IMG/VR virus record: IMGVR_UViG_3300037319_000172
Coordinates: 1 to 64,000 of that record
DNA: 64,000 bases
From: a virus
Direction: 5' to 3' (one strand)
Position 1 is the stretch's first letter, and every line of letters starts with the position of its first letter. This document shows, in pieces, positions 28,677 through 40,170 of the stretch. The notes beneath the pieces are model-generated. The model was not told the origin of the DNA. It saw nothing but the letters and a program-made list of their open reading frames with translations, and did no database searches. A program made the translations under genes and the position numbers.

Positions 28677-31600
28677 TTAATAAGTGTCCGTTATATTAGG
28701 AAGTGAAAAATCAACCGCCCTATCTAATTGAGAATATTTACCTCTTTCGTTGTAATTAGATAACATTGAAGACGTTATAGAATTTATATTTTTACCAGTA
28801 GCTCTGTATTTAGAGTAAACTTCGACATCAAATTGAAAATCATTATCATTAGAGTCTATAATATCTATACCTATCTTTTTAGAATAAGTTAAATTTTGGA
28901 ATGAATTACCAACAATTCCTCCTATTCTACCGGTTCCAGTACTTCCAGCACCGTTGTAATCTGTCATTCTATATTGAAATACAAGATCTACTGTGATTGA
29001 ATTAGAACTACTACCTTCTATTACTTTTTTACCTCTTTTATTACTAGCATCAACAACTAATGCATCCTTACCTAAAGGTGAAAGATATAAGAAAGATCCA
29101 CATGAATGTCCTCCTAGTAGATATTGATCACTAGGTTCAAATGAATTCTTTAATGCAGTTCTATTACCTAAGTTATTTTCGTTATTTACAGTAGGAGTTA
29201 GTTTAAATGGTGTTTGTTGTTTACCATATAAATCAGAAGACTTTCTAGGAGCTGTTTTAGGAATTCCTATTAATCCGTTTGCTGCTATTTCTAAAGCAGT
29301 TAAAGTTCCAGATGCAAATGGGTGATCGTTATGTATAAATATATTGTTATCATACATTGCACTATTAACAGAAGCTGCTTGTAATAAACCGCGATTACTA
29401 CCTGTAAAGCCATTCCATATAAAGTCTGTTCCTTGTACGCCGTCTCCAGGGTAAATTCCTTGTACTGCACCTACAAAATTCCTAGATCCATTTAAAGCTA
29501 CAACTGGTATAGGGTCTAAATTTGATTTAGTAATTTTATAAGAATCGTTAATACCATATTCAAATGAATCATATCCTGATAATACAGTAGGATCAATATC
29601 ACCTAAATTACCGTCGTTGTCTGTTAAGTATAATCCATTATCATTTGCGATGTTTGCAAATCTAGAATAAAGAAATTGACCTCTAAGTTGAGAAGATTGC
29701 ACTGGACTATCATTAAACCATTTAATATCTTCAGTTTCCTGTTGTTCTAAATTTTGATACAATACTGGGACTAAATCGTATTTACCTTCAGTTGTGTAGT
29801 ATGTATTTGAGTCTACCTTAGGATGTATTGTACCTTCAGCTTTACCCCATTTAGAAGAATTAGTTGAAGAGTATGCAGGTTCTTCAATATCTCCTAATAT
29901 TCTAGCAATTAATTCTAAATTAGATGCTTTAGTATTAGATAAGTTTATTTTAAAATTCTTAGTAACTATAAATCCTTTCCCATTAGTATCAGGAACCTCA
30001 TCAATATAATATCCAGCAAAAACTTTAACAGTACTGTTATTTGAAATAGGAGTTACGTTACCATCTTCATCTATTAATTGTACTAATAGTTCTCCGACTG
30101 TTCCATCTATCTGAGCCTTTAATGACGAAATCTCGTTTTGAAGCTCTAGTATTTTATCATAAACTGATATAGGGTTTTGTTCTTCGTTTAAAAATCCAGA
30201 AGCAATTGAATTTGCACTGTGTACGTATGTCTTTTCGTTAACCGTAAATGAATCAGTAATGTGGTCAAATAAACCGGCAGCTTCTAAGTCTTCTTTTAAT
30301 GAAACCTTTAAATTGTCTAATTCATTTTCAGAAAATAAGCTTGACATAGACTGTGTTGAGTATTGTCCGTCAGGAAATTCAACTTTAACTATATCAGACC
30401 AGTCACTTAATATTGGATTTGCAGGAAAACCAGCTTCAGAAATAGATTTAACCATTATCTCAACTATTTCTCCAGGATTAATAGATAAATCTAAAGAATT
30501 GAAGTTAACTGCTTGTGCGTCTTCTTCACTCTCTACTATCCATTCGTATTTACCATCCTCATTTAATTCTCTTTTTCTAATAGGTCCATTTATTTCTACC
30601 CAGTTTGAAAATGCTGCAGTTTTAGAAGTATTATTTGTAGAATCATTAAACTCTAATTGTTCAACAGTAGACGTTTTACCAGACGTTGATACGTAACGGT
30701 ATCTGATCTTGAATTGAACTACTTCTTGTGAAAGTTCTTCACCAACGGACTTAGCTTCAGGTATTGGCCAAAATCCTCTAACTCTAAACTTAGGAGCTAC
30801 TGTTGTTATATCAGCTGATTCTGCAGATGATTTAATCTCAGAAACTAAAGATGCAAATAATTTAACTTCAGATGCTTTCTTGCTTACAAGAGATTTAAAT
30901 TCATTAGATTGTTTGTCTCTTTCTACCTTAGATTTAAATTTCTTAGTATTTAATAAAGACTTTTTAACTTTAATAGCCTCATTATTACTTTTTAAACTCT
31001 GTTCAACTGATATCTTATCAGCCTTTAATTGTTTAATTTTCTCTGTTGTAGTGTTATCCGTTAAATGCTTGTTTATCTGAACAACTTTTAAATTATCAGA
31101 TGTAACTAAAGGTGCATTAGGTGTTACACCAACAAATGCTGGTGGAATATAATCTACACTAAGTCCTTTAATGAATTGACCAAAGTCAGCAACTTCTTCT
31201 TTGTAATAAAGAGCTAGGTTCTTAATAGTTCCGTCTTCTGCTGCTATTTGTAATTCATTTGAATAAAAACCGATACCTGGAGAATACTCATTTGCAGGTA
31301 TATTTGAAACAGGATCGATTGGTTTAATGAAAACTACTTGTCTTTCATCAAATCCAATTTTTATTTCAACATCTAGATCAACATCAATGTCTCTATATAT
31401 TGATAGCACTTCAGAACCTACTTTAATAGATTCGAATCCTTCAATTAATTCAAGTTCTATTTGTGATGTTGAATTATCAATCGCTTTAATAATGTATCTA
31501 GTTCTTAATTCTCCTGAGTTAATAACTAATGAATCTGAAACCTTTAAAACTTCAGTCTCTAGAAGTGTTTTAGATGCATCAGAATAGCTTAACTTATCAA

Positions 31601-32324
31601 GAGTGAATAACTTAACTGTTTTAGTTTGAGTTACACCATCAACGACCTGTGACTTCTGTTCGTTAGATACTTTAGTTACTCCAAAGTTCCCGTAGTATTG
31701 TATTGTTCTAATAGGCATTTCAATAACATCTGAATCCAAATGATATTTTAGTCTATTGTTTATTATAGAATCTTGTAATGCTTTATAAGTTATTTCACTT
31801 TCTCCTTTATATAACTCGTCAAACGCATCTTTCGTTGCAAGGTCGTTTGAGTCAAATATAAATCTTTCTAGATACACTCTTTCAGTTTCAACAGGAAGTT
31901 GTCCACTAACATCTAATCTAATAGTTAATAGAGGATTTAAGAAATCTTCAAAAAATTCATTTAATTTAGTACTAAACTGAGTAGGAGAAGCTAAAGAAGT
32001 TATTGCTTTAGAAGGTCCTTTTAATTTAGAAGTATGTATTTTTCTGTATGATCCATCTTTTAACCTCACGTTGGCACCATTACCTTCAACACCAGTAATA
32101 GATTCTAAATTAGCGTTTAGTCTTTCAATTTCTCTCTTTAAATAACCAAATGCTGGTATTTGTACAGACTTAACTCCTTCAGTTGAAGGATCCCATAAGT
32201 CTACTACAACCGTTTCTTTATCGGTTGAGATCGCTTCATTAATACGATTGAAAGTTTCTAATGAATTAGTGTTTAATTCTAGAAACTGTTCAAGTAATTG
32301 TGATATTGAATTTTGTGCACTCAT
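28677..32324 (-). CDS. Large virion structural protein with coiled-coil segments
   Basis: 1215 aa ORF in the structural operon. Confidence 0.55.
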   Translation of the reverse strand: MSAQNSISQLLEQFLELNTNSLETFNRINEAISTDKETVVVDLWDPSTEGVKSVQIPAFGYLKREIERLNANLESITGVEGNGANVRLKDGSYRKIHTSKLKGPSKAITSLASPTQFSTKLNEFFEDFLNPLLTIRLDVSGQLPVETERVYLERFIFDSNDLATKDAFDELYKGESEITYKALQDSIINNRLKYHLDSDVIEMPIRTIQYYGNFGVTKVSNEQKSQVVDGVTQTKTVKLFTLDKLSYSDASKTLLETEVLKVSDSLVINSGELRTRYIIKAIDNSTSQIELELIEGFESIKVGSEVLSIYRDIDVDLDVEIKIGFDERQVVFIKPIDPVSNIPANEYSPGIGFYSNELQIAAEDGTIKNLALYYKEEVADFGQFIKGLSVDYIPPAFVGVTPNAPLVTSDNLKVVQINKHLTDNTTTEKIKQLKADKISVEQSLKSNNEAIKVKKSLLNTKKFKSKVERDKQSNEFKSLVSKKASEVKLFASLVSEIKSSAESADITTVAPKFRVRGFWPIPEAKSVGEELSQEVVQFKIRYRYVSTSGKTSTVEQLEFNDSTNNTSKTAAFSNWVEINGPIRKRELNEDGKYEWIVESEEDAQAVNFNSLDLSINPGEIVEIMVKSISEAGFPANPILSDWSDIVKVEFPDGQYSTQSMSSLFSENELDNLKVSLKEDLEAAGLFDHITDSFTVNEKTYVHSANSIASGFLNEEQNPISVYDKILELQNEISSLKAQIDGTVGELLVQLIDEDGNVTPISNNSTVKVFAGYYIDEVPDTNGKGFIVTKNFKINLSNTKASNLELIARILGDIEEPAYSSTNSSKWGKAEGTIHPKVDSNTYYTTEGKYDLVPVLYQNLEQQETEDIKWFNDSPVQSSQLRGQFLYSRFANIANDNGLYLTDNDGNLGDIDPTVLSGYDSFEYGINDSYKITKSNLDPIPVVALNGSRNFVGAVQGIYPGDGVQGTDFIWNGFTGSNRGLLQAASVNSAMYDNNIFIHNDHPFASGTLTALEIAANGLIGIPKTAPRKSSDLYGKQQTPFKLTPTVNNENNLGNRTALKNSFEPSDQYLLGGHSCGSFLYLSPLGKDALVVDASNKRGKKVIEGSSSNSITVDLVFQYRMTDYNGAGSTGTGRIGGIVGNSFQNLTYSKKIGIDIIDSNDNDFQFDVEVYSKYRATGKNINSITSSMLSNYNERGKYSQLDRAVDFSLPNITDTY

Positions 32325-32326
32325 AA

Positions 32327-34309
32327 TTATCTTATAATTTCAAGTTCGAATGTCTTGTTTATTTCGTCAATGCAAACTATTTCAATGTATGGTTTGTTAC
32401 TTAATACGTCTCCAACTAGAATCGTATTCTTTAAATCCCATGCACCTTTTTTACCTACATATATTTTTATGCTATTGTTACCCAGCTTATTAATAAAAGT
32501 CTTAAAAGTTATTTTAATAACTTGACCTAATACAACAGGTGTAACGCTATCATCTAAGTATATATCTAAATCATTAACAAACTCCTCGTCTTCATTGTAT
32601 ATTCTAAGTAAGTTGTCATACCTTTTAAGTCTAGTCCAAATACCTTTAGATCCTGCAGTTTGTGGATTCCACATATTCGTAGAATCTATTTTGCTTTCTA
32701 CTGTATTTCCTATAAAATCAAAAACACTTAAATCATTAAGATGATATCCACCGTCAGTATTATTTATTTTAATTTTACCTGGATTAGTTTTATCTATTTG
32801 AATACCACTTCCTGCTTTAATAACATCGGTATTATATTGTATTGCAGAAGGTATTTTTCCTGAAATAACTTGATTTAACCTGTTATTTGTTTCTGATATA
32901 ATATCTAAAATAGAGCTTGAGCTGCTAAAATTAAGAGCAGCATCTTCTAAAGCTTTTTCTAATAAAGCTACTTTATTAGAAATTTCATTTTGAGCGACTG
33001 ATGTCATTAGTAGATTCTCTAGATTATCTAATCTTTCAGATAATTTATTAAATCGATGACTAGCTTCCGCTAATACTTTTGCTGCATTCTCAAGAGCACT
33101 TGTAGAATCAAAGAATATATCCATCGAGAATGTAGAATAATCATTGATATTAGATTCTATTCCTACATTGTCTAGCGATGAATTAAATTTAACATTTAAC
33201 TTTAAAGCAAATGCATTTCCATTTAAACCTGTTATTTCGTTAGGTTTATATTTGCTTAATTCTGGAAGTGACCATCCTTCATTTACTGAATCATGTTTAA
33301 AGTTATCTAATAAGATAACTCCATATAAGTTTGTCGATCTTTGTGCTGGATTTGATTTAGAATAAACATCATAATACACTAAAATTGCATTGAATCTAAA
33401 ATCTCCACCTCTTTTAGAGTAATCTAAAATAGAACTTAATTTAGAATCATTTTCTATTGCAGCGTATGTCGTTGGATTCCACTCAATACCATAATTATAA
33501 GTATCGTTTGTGTCTATATTAATAGTACCTTCAGCTGAATCAGCTAAAGATCCTAATTTTATATTAGAATCTGGATGAACCTGTCCTTCTCTACCGTTAA
33601 TAGTAGATTCAGGCTGGTATGATGTTGCTGTTGTATTATACTCACTTGATTTAAATAAAATATCTGGAGTAGATCCTACTGAAGATGGAACATTCACAAA
33701 AACTTCATTATAAGTATCTCCGTTGTAACTCTTATCATTAGTTACATCTACGTTTCCTAGGTATTTTACAACTTTACTATATTCTGATCCACTTTGTATT
33801 GAATCATCTTCCTCTACATGTCTAGTGTTTCCTGAAGATGCTTCTTGCGAATTTGCTGGCTTTGTTCTAAATGCACCAATATGATTTAACCATTTAAAGA
33901 AAATCTTTTCAGAGTCAGACGCGTATATTGCACTATCAAAATCATCATCAGATAAAATAAAGTTTTCTAAGTTAAGTGCGTAATTTTGAAATGTTTCTGC
34001 GAATCTACGATTTGCATTATCATCTGTTGGATTGTTATCATATGATGGTGCAACTCCTCCACCACTCCCAGATCCGCTTCCAGATCCAGACACTGGTCCA
34101 CCTTCATACAACTTATCAAATTGTATATAGTTATTAGTTGCATCACCTGAGGGTACTGCAACAACTGGTATATCTAGCAATGCGAATTTTGAATATTCAA
34201 AAACGACATCCGGATTATAGTATGCTCTAGTAAGATCTCTAGCAGCGCTAGAAAAGGCATACATAGTACCTCCCTGTTCCTGTGGAATTCTAATTAATGG
34301 TGTAGCCAT
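32327..34309 (-). CDS. Virion structural protein
   Basis: 660 aa; GS linker; C-terminal coiled coil; structural operon. Confidence 0.55.
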   Translation of the reverse strand: MATPLIRIPQEQGGTMYAFSSAARDLTRAYYNPDVVFEYSKFALLDIPVVAVPSGDATNNYIQFDKLYEGGPVSGSGSGSGSGGGVAPSYDNNPTDDNANRRFAETFQNYALNLENFILSDDDFDSAIYASDSEKIFFKWLNHIGAFRTKPANSQEASSGNTRHVEEDDSIQSGSEYSKVVKYLGNVDVTNDKSYNGDTYNEVFVNVPSSVGSTPDILFKSSEYNTTATSYQPESTINGREGQVHPDSNIKLGSLADSAEGTINIDTNDTYNYGIEWNPTTYAAIENDSKLSSILDYSKRGGDFRFNAILVYYDVYSKSNPAQRSTNLYGVILLDNFKHDSVNEGWSLPELSKYKPNEITGLNGNAFALKLNVKFNSSLDNVGIESNINDYSTFSMDIFFDSTSALENAAKVLAEASHRFNKLSERLDNLENLLMTSVAQNEISNKVALLEKALEDAALNFSSSSSILDIISETNNRLNQVISGKIPSAIQYNTDVIKAGSGIQIDKTNPGKIKINNTDGGYHLNDLSVFDFIGNTVESKIDSTNMWNPQTAGSKGIWTRLKRYDNLLRIYNEDEEFVNDLDIYLDDSVTPVVLGQVIKITFKTFINKLGNNSIKIYVGKKGAWDLKNTILVGDVLSNKPYIEIVCIDEINKTFELEIIR

Positions 34310-34325
34310 TTACTTGTTTTGTTTT

Positions 34326-34874
34326 TTAAAATGTTAATGTAGTATTAGCGTGTGAAATAACATACCATAATGAATCTACTTGTCTTAACGTTAATGTCCC
34401 GTTGTCTAATATATCAAAAATTACTGATATTCCAGCGATATTTGCTGCGTCAATTGTAACATCACCGCTTGCTATAAGAGTAATTGTCTGACCTTCAGTT
34501 CCTAAATTAACGGTGTTTACCGAATTTAACGCTGATCCGTCAATAACGTAAGTTGATTTTGTATAACCATTAACTAATGGCATTGCAGTGACAGGTCCGA
34601 TTGTTGAATGAACCAAAGAACCTTCTAAAGTTAAAGAACTCTTAACTGTTAATGCCTTATGCGCTGTTATTGTGCTAGCTGTTGTTGTGAATACTCCTGC
34701 AATAGTTAATACTGATGCTGAGATAGATCCTGAAAGCGTTAAACTTTGTGTTTCTGTGTTTAGTAAACCACTGATTTCGTTAATCTGGTCGTTTAAAGAC
34801 GCAAAGTTGTCGTTTAGTACCAGCCTAGACGCTGATAAACTATCTGTTCCTAAAATTTGTGTGATGCTTGCCAT
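34326..34874 (-). CDS. Short fibre/baseplate trimer-like protein
   Basis: TDSLSASRLVLNDNF N-terminal motif, shared with the two collagen fibres; beta-rich. Confidence 0.5.
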   Translation of the reverse strand: MASITQILGTDSLSASRLVLNDNFASLNDQINEISGLLNTETQSLTLSGSISASVLTIAGVFTTTASTITAHKALTVKSSLTLEGSLVHSTIGPVTAMPLVNGYTKSTYVIDGSALNSVNTVNLGTEGQTITLIASGDVTIDAANIAGISVIFDILDNGTLTLRQVDSLWYVISHANTTLTF

Positions 34875-37691
34875 TTAAATTATTTTTAATATGTTTTTAA
34901 TTATTGTATTCTTATTTCCATTAGAATCTTTCAAATCTAACGATACTGTATAATATCCTTTATCTTTAAATAAATAAGTTAATATTGGATTACTATAATA
35001 TATATCTTCGATATTTGATGTACTATTTGATAATGTCCACTGTTGATCAACTATTCCTGGCATATTGCTTAAATCGTATGAAAAAGTGACATGGTTTAGC
35101 GAGTGTAATTCTGCTAAATTATTTATTATATATGTATCATCGAAACTAGGGTTATAACTTTTAAAATTTATTATCTCAGCAATTGCATTCTCTCTACCTG
35201 TAACTTCAACACTACTAAAATCATAACTCCTAGAAGGTTCTTCACCAACAACGAGTATATAAAGGCATACATCCTCATCTCCGTCATTATCATTATCCTT
35301 TAATATAGGGTTATAATTAAATTTAGATAATATAGGATGTTCCTTTCTATCTAGATCTCTTAATTCGGTAGATATTAATTCCCAAGCAGGTATATCAGTA
35401 CCTAACGAAGGGATTGTATTTGTTATTGTGTAAGAATCTTTAACTATTATTCCAGTACTTGGATTCTTTTGTTCTATTGTAAGCACATCTCCATTTATCA
35501 TCTCTAATAAATTTAATTGAAATGAAGAATTGATATCTGATCCGACTCTTGTCATTTCCCAAGTTACTTCAGGTCCGTCTTCCCATACGTGATTCTTAAG
35601 AGATGCCCATTGGTATGGACCTGCAGTTTCACTAAATCCTGAAATAGATGTAGAGTCTAAATATCTTCTAACAGTTGAGTGTTCTATTCCAACTGAACTT
35701 TCATCATGTATATAATTTGCACGATCTAGTGTATTGTAATAAGTAGCAATAACATCGCTTACTGGCATTACGTTTTCTCTAGACCAATCCCAATTAGAAC
35801 CTGCTTTGTCCCATGAGTATTTATAGTCTTTAAAGTCTAATTGTTTTGTTGCCAATTGAGTTAATCCATAAACTTCAACGTTTTTGTTTTTAACTTCAAT
35901 CCATTCTTTATTAATCTTAGTACTTTTTACATTATATAAGTCATATAAATTAGTTTCTACAGTGTAACTTCCAGTATATGGTAAAGTTAAAGGAATATTG
36001 TTATATTCTGCAATAGGCCCTCTGAAATATCTTTTGTAATCTCTAGGTCCTATTAATACCCATTCTATTTCATATACTCCTCTGTGCCACCAATTAGACC
36101 ATGTTAATAAATTCTTAACAGTAGCGTCGTGCTCTGCTAAATAATTATTTAACTTCTCAACTCCTTCTGTTGATTTATCCGTCTCCATTGATTGTACTGC
36201 ATTAGACACTTCAGCATCCTTTGCATCTTCCCATGTGAATTCAGCAAGTTTCCACTGATCTTCAACACCTTCAACATGTAATGATATTGGAGCTCCGATT
36301 GGAATTCCAGCTATTGTATTAAACGTATTTAGACTATTATTATAATAATCACCATAGAATTCTTTAATAGATTCTACGATACTTAATTTGTCTGCAGGGG
36401 TTATTGCATTAAAATCTTGATTAAAACCAGTAAGCCTGTGATCTACCTTACGAAGATCTTCCATGAATATATTCCTAGCTTCTGGTTTTAGAACTGGTCT
36501 AAACTCTACACCAGCGTTCTGTACTTTAATATTATGTTGATTATTCCAAACATTTTGATTAAATTGCGAAAAGTAATCCCCTTCACCTGTTATATCTACG
36601 ATTTTAGCCTGTAACGGTAAGTAATCTTTTTGTAATTTATTCTTTAATCCATATAACTTAATTAAAACCTCGTCTGGAGAATAATCTATAGTTTCTTCAA
36701 CTGTTGGGATATCCCATTCATCTAATACTCCTGTTGGAGTATTTAATCTATAAACTAAAGAGAATCTAGAAGTTTTCTTTTGATTAGAGTTTGGTAATTC
36801 GTTTCCTTTATTCTTGTTAGCTAAAAAACCAACAACATCTTGATTAGGAATTGCGACAGCCTTAAGCTTACCGAAATTCTCAGATTGTTCATTGATATTT
36901 AACCAATATTCCTTTAAAGTTATTTTATCGTATCCAAAGAAATCAATAGCACTTAACAATGCTTTATAAGTTCCTATAAATGGTTTTATTTTAGATGCCT
37001 GTAAAAGTAATTCTTTACGCTTTTGATTTAAAAGTATAAAGTCAGGAGATTGCTCTTGTATATTAGACTCTTTAAATATAAAGTAATCTAAATCATCAAG
37101 GTTCATTCCCATGTTTGAAAGTAACGATTTTAATCTATCATCTTCTCCCTCAACTTCACCATATACCTTTATCTGCGCTATTTCTCTTGTTTCTACTCCA
37201 TCAACAACTTCTAATATACTTAAAGTTCTAATATGAAAGCCTTCAACTTCTGATGTTAATGCAACATGTGCGGTAATTGGAGTTGCTGGTAAATTGCTAT
37301 GAACTACTTTACTATTTCCTATTGAAGATACTGAATTTGAAGATAGTAACAAACTAGAGGATTGCATTTTATCTTTTTGAATATAAAGTTCTCCTGCATC
37401 TTTAATTGCGCTGTATAAGAAAACGTCTTCACTAGTATTATAGTCGTCTTTAAATTTAAATTTAAAAGATACATCACCTGATACTTCAGCGATAGGTGTG
37501 ATATAACTCTTTTCACCTAAAGTTCCTATTACTTCTTCTAAAATATGTAATGTTAATGTCTCATATAATCCGACAGAAACAAGTGGAAGGTATGAAACCC
37601 CCTGCAGTATATTTAAATCATCGTTGTAGATTAAATTTAAGTCGTTAGATTCACTGTCAAAAAATCTTATGTTGTGATATCTATTTGCCAT
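34875..37691 (-). CDS. Baseplate wedge-like protein with PKD/Ig-like domains
   Basis: IGTYKALLSAIDFFGY (gpI/gp7-like); PKD-like YTGSYTVE and KGYYTVSL segments. Confidence 0.55.
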   Translation of the reverse strand: MANRYHNIRFFDSESNDLNLIYNDDLNILQGVSYLPLVSVGLYETLTLHILEEVIGTLGEKSYITPIAEVSGDVSFKFKFKDDYNTSEDVFLYSAIKDAGELYIQKDKMQSSSLLLSSNSVSSIGNSKVVHSNLPATPITAHVALTSEVEGFHIRTLSILEVVDGVETREIAQIKVYGEVEGEDDRLKSLLSNMGMNLDDLDYFIFKESNIQEQSPDFILLNQKRKELLLQASKIKPFIGTYKALLSAIDFFGYDKITLKEYWLNINEQSENFGKLKAVAIPNQDVVGFLANKNKGNELPNSNQKKTSRFSLVYRLNTPTGVLDEWDIPTVEETIDYSPDEVLIKLYGLKNKLQKDYLPLQAKIVDITGEGDYFSQFNQNVWNNQHNIKVQNAGVEFRPVLKPEARNIFMEDLRKVDHRLTGFNQDFNAITPADKLSIVESIKEFYGDYYNNSLNTFNTIAGIPIGAPISLHVEGVEDQWKLAEFTWEDAKDAEVSNAVQSMETDKSTEGVEKLNNYLAEHDATVKNLLTWSNWWHRGVYEIEWVLIGPRDYKRYFRGPIAEYNNIPLTLPYTGSYTVETNLYDLYNVKSTKINKEWIEVKNKNVEVYGLTQLATKQLDFKDYKYSWDKAGSNWDWSRENVMPVSDVIATYYNTLDRANYIHDESSVGIEHSTVRRYLDSTSISGFSETAGPYQWASLKNHVWEDGPEVTWEMTRVGSDINSSFQLNLLEMINGDVLTIEQKNPSTGIIVKDSYTITNTIPSLGTDIPAWELISTELRDLDRKEHPILSKFNYNPILKDNDNDGDEDVCLYILVVGEEPSRSYDFSSVEVTGRENAIAEIINFKSYNPSFDDTYIINNLAELHSLNHVTFSYDLSNMPGIVDQQWTLSNSTSNIEDIYYSNPILTYLFKDKGYYTVSLDLKDSNGNKNTIIKNILKII

Positions 37692-37963
37692 TATCTAAAG
37701 TTTTTATAGTCTTTTTTAGTTGTATATGATTTAAATCCCTTAAGGTATGTTACCGCATCTACTAGATCTGATAATACCTTCTGAATTAAAATTACAAAAT
37801 CATTCATTCTAGCATTTCGCATAATATAAGGAGATATTGACTTCTTTAGAATGTTGTTAGTATAATCGTTACCTAAGTTTTTTCGATTATCCATTACACC
37901 ACGCCTAACTCTGTAATTTCTCTTTTGTCTACTTTTAAATAGATTTTGTATTAAAGATGCCAT
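37691..37963 (-). CDS. Small basic baseplate-region protein
   Basis: 90 aa, translationally coupled to both neighbours. Confidence 0.55.
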   Translation of the reverse strand: MASLIQNLFKSRQKRNYRVRRGVMDNRKNLGNDYTNNILKKSISPYIMRNARMNDFVILIQKVLSDLVDAVTYLKGFKSYTTKKDYKNFR

Positions 37964-39783
37964 TATAATGCTTTTCTATTTTTAGCTTGTATTTTAGAAA
38001 ATATAGTATTTGGAACTGCATGTTCGTCGAAATAAATCGAAAGTGCTCCTTGTTCTCCTAGCTTTGCATCATCTGGAATTTCAACTCCATCTCTATCTAA
38101 CCAACCTCCTCTGAATAAAGCAACTTCTTCTTTACCTAAAAGTATATCACCAAATGAGTCTAAATTAATAACATCTTCAGGTAATGCGGCATTAGGTTCA
38201 AAGCTTATTTTTCTTTCAGTTACTGTTCTTTTAAAGAAAACATATTTTTGTTTACCATTTCCTATTGTTTCCAATATAGGGGTAGATGGAGTTACTATAA
38301 CTTTCTCTAGGATGTAATACCCTAACCTACGTGCATCTTCCTCTACTTTAGATATAAATCTTACATTTACCGAATCAATCCCCTCAACACTCTCTAATAG
38401 TGCTATAATGTCAGATTTTGGTAAACGATCTCTTCTTGTTATGTTGATTAAATATTCAGATATCTTAGATCTTATTTCAGAATAAAGAGCAGGTTTGTTA
38501 TATCCTTCAAAATATCTAACTTTAACATCCATACTAAAATACTGAATAGAAGGTTCTACTATTTTAACCTCAGTAGTCACCATTTGTTGTCCACTGTTTT
38601 CTAATAATTCTAAAAATCCATTCTTTTCTTCACTTGAGAAAAAGAATTCATCTAAACCTAAATTAAAATAATCTTTATTCTTAGTTAATTTTCTAGCCGT
38701 GTCTGGCAACATAAATAAATAAATAACATTGTCATCATCAATATATCCATCATCTGTAGTATTATATGCATCTAAATAAGAAAACATTCCGTATCTTGAT
38801 AAAAAATACTCAAAAGAATTAGGGTTAGCTAAAACAAATGAATGAGATTGCAGTGGAGCTATTAATTTAGTTAAGTTGATATCTTCTGGGTTTGCTCCCA
38901 TTTTAGGAGCAATTGTAAATGAAGATTCTAATAACTCATTTAAGTCATATTCTTCTCCCATTGAATCAAAACCTTCAGTTATAAACTTAAAGGTAAGATC
39001 CTTAGACCCTGTTAAATTACCTAAAGTACCTGAAGTTGTCATGTACTCTATTGTAATTGAACTACCAGCCGATGGAACAGATCCGAAAGAACCATTTCCA
39101 AAGTATATGTCTAAACCTCCGTTTATTCCTGTTTTAACTAAATATCCTTTAGTCTCAACTTTCATATCGTATAATGAATCATACTTAGACCATAATGTAC
39201 TATTTACGCTTACTCTAACTGAGTGATGATCTGTGTTTTCTTTTGTTAGTATATTAAAAGACTGTAAATTTTCACCAGTTCCTGTTACCGTTTGTGATTC
39301 GAATTTTCCTTGAATAACTGGTATGCTTATGTAACTTGCATTGTTCTTTTCAATTCTAAAAATATCGTTGTTTGTTTTTAAAATATATTCTAAACCGTTA
39401 GAAGTACATTTAATAATAGAATTTTTAGATATATTTAAAGCGTCTCCTGCAATATCACTAGAAGCTGTTGTGTTTAATCTTATTCTAATTTCACCATACG
39501 CACTAGATCCTCTAAATGCATCATGACCTGCAAGTCTAGCAAGACCATATACTGATTCAGGGTTTTGCGCTGTTAATATATTCTGCTCAACCGTGGCATC
39601 TTCAACATAGAAGAATATAAGCTTAGTGATTTCAGTAAGAACGTCTAGTATTTGTGAAAAGGGAGATGCTGTTGTAAATAATTCACCTGTTCTTCCATAT
39701 AAACGAGAAATATATGACCTCGTGTCCGTGATCATTTCGTCTGCTCTTATCCTAGAGGCTTTTAAAAATTTAAATTCAGCCAT
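37963..39783 (-). CDS. Baseplate wedge subunit (T4 gp6/baseplate J-like)
   Basis: NILTAQNPESVYGLARLAG, IYFGNGSFG.VP, IEYMTTSG..GN and SVEGIDSV. Confidence 0.8.
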   Translation of the reverse strand: MAEFKFLKASRIRADEMITDTRSYISRLYGRTGELFTTASPFSQILDVLTEITKLIFFYVEDATVEQNILTAQNPESVYGLARLAGHDAFRGSSAYGEIRIRLNTTASSDIAGDALNISKNSIIKCTSNGLEYILKTNNDIFRIEKNNASYISIPVIQGKFESQTVTGTGENLQSFNILTKENTDHHSVRVSVNSTLWSKYDSLYDMKVETKGYLVKTGINGGLDIYFGNGSFGSVPSAGSSITIEYMTTSGTLGNLTGSKDLTFKFITEGFDSMGEEYDLNELLESSFTIAPKMGANPEDINLTKLIAPLQSHSFVLANPNSFEYFLSRYGMFSYLDAYNTTDDGYIDDDNVIYLFMLPDTARKLTKNKDYFNLGLDEFFFSSEEKNGFLELLENSGQQMVTTEVKIVEPSIQYFSMDVKVRYFEGYNKPALYSEIRSKISEYLINITRRDRLPKSDIIALLESVEGIDSVNVRFISKVEEDARRLGYYILEKVIVTPSTPILETIGNGKQKYVFFKRTVTERKISFEPNAALPEDVINLDSFGDILLGKEEVALFRGGWLDRDGVEIPDDAKLGEQGALSIYFDEHAVPNTIFSKIQAKNRKAL

Positions 39784-39800
39784 TATTTATATTTATAATT

Positions 39801-40154
39801 TTATATATAGACTCCTAATTGGAATCTAGAATCTACTGTAATATCTAAAAACATTACATGTCTGTCCACATCTTCGACTACTTCGATGCTAACGTCTACT
39901 TTGTATTTTGTTGCAAGAGGAACATATGCTATCAATTGATTAACTACTACGTTTTTTAATTGAAAATCATTATACCTTAATTCATATACATGGTCTTCTA
40001 GGTTTGCTCCAAAATCAGGTTGCCCTAGAACTTCGCCCTTTCGGGTAAAAAGCATTGTTTCAATCTGCGTTAATAACATAGACAGTTCAGTGTCCTGCTG
40101 CATCACATCAGATTTGTAGTTAGGTTCTCCTATATTTTTTACGTAAAATTCCAT
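39801..40154 (-). CDS. Baseplate wedge subunit (gp25/gpW-like)
   Basis: MLFTRKGEVLGQPDFGANL signature. Confidence 0.85.
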   Translation of the reverse strand: MEFYVKNIGEPNYKSDVMQQDTELSMLLTQIETMLFTRKGEVLGQPDFGANLEDHVYELRYNDFQLKNVVVNQLIAYVPLATKYKVDVSIEVVEDVDRHVMFLDITVDSRFQLGVYI

Positions 40155-40170
40155 ATGTTTATATATACGT

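Noticed and set aside
24970-34100. GSGSGSG tracts in the 1512 aa and 660 aa proteins as DNA repeats or phase-variable sites
   Set aside because: Codons vary between units, so these are protein linkers rather than slipped-strand repeats
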